In this document: piece by piece, positions 57,145 through 64,000 of the stretch
Layout of the letters: every line of letters begins with the position of its first letter
Numbering within the stretch: position 1 is the stretch's first letter
Source: Naegleria gruberi
Lineage: Eukaryota
DNA length: 64,000 nucleotides
Assembly: GCA_000004985.1 (NCBI GenBank)
Contig: GG738869.1
Direction: 5' to 3' (one strand)
Translations under genes and position numbers: made by a program
Notes under the pieces: generated by a model
Database searches by the model: none
Told to the model about the DNA's origin: nothing
Seen by the model: the letters and a program-made list of their open reading frames with translations, nothing else

Positions 57145-58812
57145 TTACTCATATTCAATCCCAGTTAAAGATTGCATTTCTGTACCAAAGCTTTTAATGA
57201 TTCGAATCTCTTGAGAAGTAAGATTCGATTGATTCAAATGGTTTAATCTGTCCTTGGCCTTCTCTATTTGAAGATCAATTGTCCTTTGATTGTCTTCTGC
57301 TAGGATCGTAATCTGTTCAATATTTGATTTAATCTCCTCCAACTGGTGTTTATGTGTGTCCTCAAAAGATGATGACAGAATAGATGTTAAATAGTGATCT
57401 TTAAAATCTTTGGGTTGCTGCCTTGCACTAATCTTGTTTTGAAGAAGTTGTAAGTTCTCAATAACTTTCTTCCATAAAAACTGTAAGAATCTATTGTTGA
57501 TATTTTTGAAATAGAAACAATTCTCAGCTGCAGGATATTTGAGAGTAGTGAGGTCTGTCAACAAGTTGTAAAATTGAAAAACAGAAAAGTAATACAAATC
57601 GAAGCAGAGAGTATTGCTTCCACTAACAGGCATCGATTCTGAAGAGTGGGAAATGTGTGAAAAGGACTGTGTTTCAAAAACAAGATGGAAATTATGAATA
57701 CAGACTAACAAAGCATTCAACAACTCATTTCTATCCATTTCTAACTTATTCTTGACAACAAGTTGACAAACTAATGCCAGTTTGTGAGCTTTGGTTTGGA
57801 AAGAATCAATTGAAAGGAATGTACTGTTGATGGTTTTGTACAAACTTAACATCTGCTGGTTTGAGTCGTTAGAGTTTCCAATTCGTAATAAATCCTCAAG
57901 GAAATTTTGTGATTTGAACTCTTTTCGTGATACACATTTTAAATCTTCACCAAACTTGAAAGAAGATGAAGGAATAATATCTGGTCTTAGGTTTCTTGTA
58001 ATATTACTATACAGTATTTCACAAAAAGTGTCAGAAGAGAACAACAATGACCCCAAATTTGAAGTTGATATCCTTCTAGAAAGAAACTCTACAAGTTGGG
58101 ATAACAGTGGAGAAAATGTCTGTTTGAATTTTACAATGAATGAATTTCCTATCTGCAACATGAGAGTTTCAGCTCCCAGAGGATCAACTACACTTGCAAA
58201 ACTGGAAAGTATAAAAGCATCTCCAAGCAATTCTAAACAAGGTTGTTTCTTATAGATATTAAAGAGAATCATGGCCATGCAAGTAAGATCACTAGGTTCT
58301 AGCTTATCTGAGTTATAGAGCATCAAGTCACAATGTTCAATGCATTGTTCAACCTGATCAAGGGATGGTTTATCAATATAGTTAAATGCAAGTAAAACCA
58401 TGAGAGCAGATGTTCTCTCAAAATTCTCAAAAGAAACTTTTACGGCATCCATTCTTTCTAATAGATTTGTTGTTGGTTTTACGGTTGTTCCATCCCGTTT
58501 TGATATTTCAATTGAGAGGAGGCATTCAGCAAGTTTACACAGAGTTCCCTGCTCTTCAAGTGAAGAGTTTGATTCAATCAATTTGGAAAGACTCATTAGT
58601 ATTGGGAACAGTGATGTAAGCTCTTGAGAAACCATCTTGGAGATGATACTACCGTCTTGTGGTATCCTCTGGAATTTGATAACCAAAGAAAGAGATTGAT
58701 TCAAAACATGGTTCATGTGACTGTGGAATAAGTTGTCGTCCTCTGATGATTCGGGTGCTTGCCTGAAATTGTTGCTTCCATGAATAAATCCATCACTATA
58801 CACCTTCTTCAT
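57145..58812 (-). CDS. hypothetical alpha-helical protein with C-terminal coiled coil (~555 aa)
   Basis: Minus-strand ORF; first ATG is the 4th codon of the track ORF (MKKVYSDGF...). C-terminal heptad-like IEQITILAEDNQRTIDLQIEKAKDRLNHLNQ; no domain recognised. Confidence 0.45.
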   Translation of the reverse strand: MKKVYSDGFIHGSNNFRQAPESSEDDNLFHSHMNHVLNQSLSLVIKFQRIPQDGSIISKMVSQELTSLFPILMSLSKLIESNSSLEEQGTLCKLAECLLSIEISKRDGTTVKPTTNLLERMDAVKVSFENFERTSALMVLLAFNYIDKPSLDQVEQCIEHCDLMLYNSDKLEPSDLTCMAMILFNIYKKQPCLELLGDAFILSSFASVVDPLGAETLMLQIGNSFIVKFKQTFSPLLSQLVEFLSRRISTSNLGSLLFSSDTFCEILYSNITRNLRPDIIPSSSFKFGEDLKCVSRKEFKSQNFLEDLLRIGNSNDSNQQMLSLYKTINSTFLSIDSFQTKAHKLALVCQLVVKNKLEMDRNELLNALLVCIHNFHLVFETQSFSHISHSSESMPVSGSNTLCFDLYYFSVFQFYNLLTDLTTLKYPAAENCFYFKNINNRFLQFLWKKVIENLQLLQNKISARQQPKDFKDHYLTSILSSSFEDTHKHQLEEIKSNIEQITILAEDNQRTIDLQIEKAKDRLNHLNQSNLTSQEIRIIKSFGTEMQSLTGIEYE

Positions 58813-59156
58813 GTGTTGCAAAAATTGGGACCACTATCTTGGGAAGATGTTTTTGTTCCTTCAGCAAAACACGCCTCAAAGAAATCACTAATAACTGGCG
58901 AACGATCACACAAATACATTTTGAGTATGTTGGGTGTGGACTTAATTTTTTTTGAAAATTTAATTATTTGAAATAAGCTAATAAGAGGAATGATACTTGT
59001 GTGCTGATAAAAAACTGTTAGGTAAGAGGAGTCTTTTCAATAGATGTTGGCCAAGGTAGTGCTCTCTTTCATTGCCCTTAATTATATTCTTTCCTTCAAT
59101 GACTGTATCGAGCTCATGAACTTCTTCCTTTTTCTTTCACGAACTTGTTGAGAACA

Positions 59157-59978
59157 ATGAAATGGCTGAAGACAAACACAGGTCATCACAAACATCTCCA
59201 ACTAAAAAAAATGTTCAAAAAGATCTTCTCTCGAGTTTCGAATAATGAAGCCGATGATGACTTGTCCTCTCTTCCCTCCACAAAACACAACATCTTTAAA
59301 GAAACTCTCAGCACGGAATTAATTTTAATAATTGCACAATATTTACCAATTGGAGATTTGAATTCTTTTGCGAGAAGTGATGAATATTTATTGGAAATGA
59401 TTTTTGATTTGACTGTTGAAAAAGTGGAGGCCATTGCAAAGAGAAAACAAGAATTGTTGCAACTTGACCTTGAAAGTAGGATTGTATCGGTCAAAGATCA
59501 GTATAAAGAAAACGAAACTGCACTTGCTCAGACACTTTTGTGGAAACCACTTGTACTTTATTACTTTCCAAATTATTCAGCAAGTTTGAATGTCAAGAAT
59601 TGGATGCATGTCATGAGAAGGAGAGTCATCCATTTACAAAACAAATTTCCACAAGAATTACCACTTTCGAAAATAATTAAAGAAGAATCTGGACCTTTAG
59701 GATCAACATTTAGAAAGAATAAGGACAGACAATTTATTGAGAATTGTGATTGGGAATATGAATGTCCATTGAAGAAGTCTACTGCTTTTAGACATGTTTC
59801 GAAAGGAGTTTCGTTTTGTGCTGTTTGTAAAGAAAATGTTTATGAAGTAATTAGTGACAATGATTTTGAACATCATGTAAAACAAGGTCATTGTGTTTCA
59901 TTCTCCAAATATTTGGTTGAGGAGAAACGTCCACTAATGCGAGGAAAGATTGCATACAGGCCTGCAAACAATCATTAA
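59157..59978 (+). CDS. F-box-like protein with C-terminal Cys/His-rich (zinc-finger-like) region
   Basis: ELILIIAQYLPIGDLNSFARSDEYLLEMIFD (F-box-like); C-terminal CDWEYECPLKK...FRHVSKGVSFCAVCKENVYEVISDNDFEHHVKQGHC. ATG 59157 (track ORF begins at TTG 59145). Confidence 0.5.
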   Translation: MKWLKTNTGHHKHLQLKKMFKKIFSRVSNNEADDDLSSLPSTKHNIFKETLSTELILIIAQYLPIGDLNSFARSDEYLLEMIFDLTVEKVEAIAKRKQELLQLDLESRIVSVKDQYKENETALAQTLLWKPLVLYYFPNYSASLNVKNWMHVMRRRVIHLQNKFPQELPLSKIIKEESGPLGSTFRKNKDRQFIENCDWEYECPLKKSTAFRHVSKGVSFCAVCKENVYEVISDNDFEHHVKQGHCVSFSKYLVEEKRPLMRGKIAYRPANNH

Positions 59979-60206
59979 ACTAAACTACTAATGCTTTACA
60001 ACATTTTCTGTTCTATTTAAATCTAACTAATCATTTTCAAATCATTCTCTACAAAATCAATCTCAATATTATAACATCGTATAATAAAACCAATGAATCA
60101 TCGCAATAGGACACCTAGGAAGTACGAGGATATCGACACAAATATGGAGAGGAAATCTTTACAATCACCCCAATTATAAATCCTACATTTCCTACACATT
60201 AAAAAA

Positions 60207-60940
60207 ATGTCTTCAGTTGAATTTCTCAAAGCACCTCTTCATGATTTGTTTGCTTGGGCACGTGTTGGTTCCATGTGGCCAGTAACCTTTGGTTTGGCAT
60301 GTTGTGCAGTGGAAATGATGCATGCTTCTGCTTCTGTAAGTTTAACTAATTTCACATTCGAAACCAAGGTTGATTTCTCTCTAATATATAGAGATATGAC
60401 TTGGAAAGAAAGGGTATCTTCTTTAGACCTACTCCTCGTCAAGCTGATGCCATGATCATTGCTGGAACTTTGACAAATAAGATGGCACCAGCTCTTCGTA
60501 AAGTTTGGGATCAGATGGCTGAGCCACGTTACTCAATTTCAATGGGAAGTTGTGCAAATGGAGGTGGTTATTATCACTTCTCATATCATGTTGTCAGAGG
60601 TGCTGATCAAATTGTTCCTGTGGATGTTTATGTACCTGGTTGTCCTCCAAGTAAGTTTAATTTCATTTAGAATTGTTTGTTGGATTGAGAATGGTGAATT
60701 TGCACAATGTGAATTTCGATGGTTGATAGCTTGTGTGAGTATTTTTTATTGAAAATTTGATGAAATGTTTACAATGAATTTATGGAACTTTAGGAAGCTT
60801 TGATTTATGGTATTTACATGCTTCAAAAGAAGATTAAGAGAAATCCATACAAGCCAGAGATTATGGAGCAAGATTTCAACATGCCAGGAAAAGTGTATCG
60901 TCCAACTGATTCTAATAATCATCATTTGAATCAATTGTAA
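60207..60940 (+). CDS. NDUFS7: NADH:ubiquinone oxidoreductase (complex I) 20-kDa PSST subunit, NDUFS7/NuoB homologue; exons 60207..60335, 60392..60650, 60798..60940 (the last acceptor is uncertain by 4 nt)
   Basis: [27 protein letters not shown] | [86 protein letters not shown] | ..[15 protein letters not shown] aligns along its whole length with PSST/NuoB. The CC..E and C...GGGYY Fe-S (N2) ligands are present. Introns 56 and 147 nt. Confidence 0.85.
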
Positions 60941-61456
60941 AGAGTTTATTCGAATCTGTAATGGGCTTGTCCCAACACAATCAATATGGGAATTTGAAAA
61001 CTGCTTGTGTCAACAGCAAATTAGAATAATAAAAATTGAAAATTTTCTTTAAATTAACAAATTACCTAATCTCAATTTGAAAGATTACAAAAAATTTCTT
61101 TCGTTCTCTTGCCATCCTTCTCCATTTTCAACCAAACCAACCTTTCTCCACAGATTCACACAAGCAAAAACTCTATTTCTATAACCACGCAATACCAAAT
61201 CCAAAACAGCGCCAACAATTTTTGACCTGTAGTTCATCCTCAAAATAGTTAATTCTTCCGATCCATTTGCGTCCGCCAACAAGAATAGAAAGTTTGGAAA
61301 AAATTGAAAAAAAAATCAAAACAACAACAAACCTTTTTCAAAGCCTTTTTTTTGAAAGAACGAATTCAAGTGGTTATCATTCTCTGTTCCGAGCATTGAT
61401 TCTTTTTGTAAATAAGAAATAACAACAATTAAGAGAGAATATAAATTATTAGATAC

Positions 61457-63303
61457 ATGATGGTGGTGAATAGAAGGATATGTGTAATACAATTATTACT
61501 AATTGTTATTATTGGCTTGATTGTTTCGATAGGCTTGTTTGTAAATTGTTCAGAAGCATCAGCGTTGTTATCATCATCATCGGAATCTTTGGATAATGAA
61601 ACTTTAAGTGATAATAATCAACTTGACTGGCAATATGTTGATTCATATTTTAATAGGGAATGTAATGTTACAGCACAATGCGGAAGTCAATTGGTTTGTG
61701 TGAATGGAAGTTGTAATGCTTGCCAGGTGGATGGTGATGATGAATGTAATGATCATCCATATGTTATTTGTCAATATTCTAATGTTTCTGTGCCAATTAG
61801 AAATTCATCCATGTTTGAGAATCGTGTTATTGGATTGTGTGACACAAAATCATTGTTTCCTATTAGTGTTTGGGATATTTTGGCAACATTTTTTTCATCA
61901 TTTGGAGGTATTGCTGCTGCAGCATCTGGTGTAGGTGGTGGTGGAGTGTACGTTCCAGTTATGTTTCTCATTGGTAGATATCCAGCTCAAGTTTCAGTTG
62001 CCTTGTCAACTGTTATGATTTTCGGAGCTTCAACAAGTGTTTACTTGATGCTTATTCCTAAAAGACATCCATTTTCAAGTAGTAGACCACTCATTGATTA
62101 TCATGCTGCCTTAATTACTGAACCTATTATTTTGGCTGGATCGATTGTTGGTGTCTTTCTCAATGTTTGGTTTCCTAATTGGTTTTTGACAATTCTCCTA
62201 TTGGCCATTCTGTTATTTGTTGCATGGAGATCGATAGTTAAGGGAAGACAACAATGGAAGAAAGAAAATGAAGAAAGAAGAAAGAAAGAAGAAGCCACGA
62301 CTAAGGCAAGTGCTGCTGCTGAGGAAGATACAGCCCAAATTGTAGAGAATAAGGAAGTGGAATTGAATGAAGAAGTGAAAGAAGAAGAAGAAGCAGTTGT
62401 TGATAACTCTCAACAAGAAGTTGACCCAAATGAAACTCCAAAAGAAAATTTGGGTGAGTCATTAGTTGTGAAATCTGAAGAAAATAACAAATTATTAGAA
62501 AGGATTAAGAAATTGGAATTAGTTGCCTTCCCATCAATTTCATGGATCTTGCTGTTGATCAGTTGGGCTATTGTGTTTGTGTCATCATTCTTGAAGGGTG
62601 GTAAATCTTTCCCATCCGTAGTTGGAGTCCAGAGATGTTCTCCTGAATGTAAGTATATTGTAACAAAACCATTATAACATTTTAAAGATTGGGGAATTGT
62701 TGGATCTTCATTTCCACTTTTATTAATCATGTCAGGAATTGCAGCCATTTTCTTGAGATATTTGCACCACAAGAAGGTTCAATCAAATTATGAATTCTTA
62801 GAGGGAGATATCAAGTGGACCACAAAATATGTCACTCTCATTCCTCTCATCTTTTTCACAGCTGGTCTAGTTGCCGGTTTATTAGGTATTGGTGGAGGTC
62901 TTGTCGTTGGTCCATTGCTTCTTGAAATGGGAGTCAATCCACTTGTCAGCGTTGCTACATCAAGCTTTACAGTCTTACTGACTGGGTCCTCAACTGCCAT
63001 TCAATTCTTAATTATGGGAGTGGTTTCTTGGGACTATTTCATTTGGTATTTTGTTGCAGGTATTTTGGTATGTTTTCTATTTTCATTTGCTAACTAAGTT
63101 TTCTTTTGTACAAATAGAGTGGTACTGCTGGTCAAATTGTTGTTGCTCTTATTATGAAGAAATTTGGTAGACCAAGTATTATTGTATTCATTATTGCTTT
63201 ATTTATTGCCATCTCCTCTGTACTGACTGGAGCTATGGGAATTACATCATTAGTTACCACTTTAACTAAGGGTGGTAATTTAGGATTTAACAATATTTGT
63301 TAA
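61457..63303 (+). CDS. TSUP/TauE-SafE (DUF81) family membrane transporter with N-terminal Cys-rich ectodomain and charged K/E-rich loop; exons 61457..62648, 62688..63067, 63118..63303; introns 39 and 50 nt
   Basis: Two TSUP half-repeats: FGGIAAAASGVGGGGVYVPVMFLIGRYPAQVSVALSTVMIFGASTSVYL and LVAGLLGIGGGLVVGPLLLEMGVNPLVSVATSSFTVLLTGSSTAIQF (family signature GxGGG...P.L......A.ATS). Junctions t+at=Tyr and phase 0 restore the frame. Confidence 0.75.
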
Positions 63304-63324
63304 TAAATTATATTCGAAAATATT

Positions 63325-63996
63325 TTACAAATTCTCATTCAAGAGTTCCAAAAGTGGATTGGTAAAACACATATCATTATCAATACATCTAACAAGTCTC
63401 TCGTCAGTTAACAAAAAGGTATGAACTCTCATACATAAAAAGCCAAACAATCCAACAAAAGTATAGTCATCTATTGCCGAAGAAGCATCCTTTCCCAAAA
63501 TTTGGTTCTTGAATTGTGGATCGACAGTAGCTATCCTCTCGAAATCATTCTGCGAGAAATCAATCAGAATTGACTTGTCCTTTTGATTAATTAATTTGAA
63601 AGTTATTGATCTGGAATGATAACCTTGAACATCTGACAGATTTGCCTCCACTATTAATTTGGAATTTTCACATTGTAGAGTTGCCTCCGTAAAACTTCTC
63701 GATTGAGTAACATACTCTCCAATAGTAACAAAGAATCCAGTGGAATTTTCAGTTTTGAGTATAGTGGATTTGATAATTTCTACATAACCTAAAAAATCCT
63801 CAGATACGTCAGTACCAAAATTGGATTTCGAGCAAACATCTAAAACAATCCTTCTCAAAGAAACTAGGTCCATATAGATTTGTGAAATGCTCTTGTTTTG
63901 ATGACAACATTTGGAAAGTAAACCATCCATAAAGATTTTCCCTGATTTTTCCTGCTCTAAATTAATTTCGTCTCCTTCATAATTAAATAGTCTCAT
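63325..63996 (-). CDS. hypothetical protein (223 aa), no recognised domain
   Basis: Minus-strand ATG at 63996, uninterrupted ORF to TAA; moderately conserved-looking globular composition. Confidence 0.4.
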   Translation of the reverse strand: MRLFNYEGDEINLEQEKSGKIFMDGLLSKCCHQNKSISQIYMDLVSLRRIVLDVCSKSNFGTDVSEDFLGYVEIIKSTILKTENSTGFFVTIGEYVTQSRSFTEATLQCENSKLIVEANLSDVQGYHSRSITFKLINQKDKSILIDFSQNDFERIATVDPQFKNQILGKDASSAIDDYTFVGLFGFLCMRVHTFLLTDERLVRCIDNDMCFTNPLLELLNENL

Positions 63997-64000
63997 TGGT

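Noticed and set aside
1-64000. CRISPR arrays, prokaryotic operons, IS/transposase or retroelement genes
   Set aside because: No direct-repeat/spacer arrays and no RT, integrase or transposase motifs seen; gene structures (GT-AG introns, Pol III genes, EF-1alpha, complex I subunit) are eukaryotic nuclear.

Overview
This 64-kb window is eukaryotic nuclear DNA, roughly 65-70% A+T, with about 35 protein-coding genes on both strands. About 40% of these genes are interrupted by very short canonical GT-AG introns (33-147 nt; donors mostly GTAAGT/GTAGGT). TAA, TAG and TGA are all used as stops, so the standard genetic code applies. The window also contains a dispersed 5S rRNA gene, two identical tRNA-Leu(CAA) genes and tRNA fragments. 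I found no CRISPR arrays, prokaryotic operons, transposase or reverse-transcriptase genes. EF-1alpha lacks the opisthokont 12-residue insertion and most resembles kinetoplastid, stramenopile and plant forms, so the source is a non-opisthokont protist. An AT-rich heterolobosean-like (Discoba) amoeboflagellate is my best guess, but this is inference only. Genes I can recognise: SNF2 ATPase, ALIX/BRO1, EF-1alpha, a purple acid phosphatase, an ACP5-like phosphatase, NDUFS7/PSST, a TSUP/TauE transporter, a START-domain protein, a TPR protein, a kelch/F-box-like protein, an RWP-RK regulator, an HMG-box protein, a GAR/RGG protein and several F-box-like and Q/N-rich hypotheticals. The most unusual loci are an RNA-dependent RNA polymerase (DLDGD motif) fused to C-terminal Sel1 repeats and a TLDc domain, a bacterial-type SH3b-NlpC/P60 peptidoglycan hydrolase gene that now carries spliceosomal introns, a ~1400-aa GPI-anchored protein built from three tandem right-handed beta-helix modules spliced through 33-50-nt introns, and a Ran-like GTPase with an N-terminal F-box-like extension and a catalytic Gln-to-Pro change.
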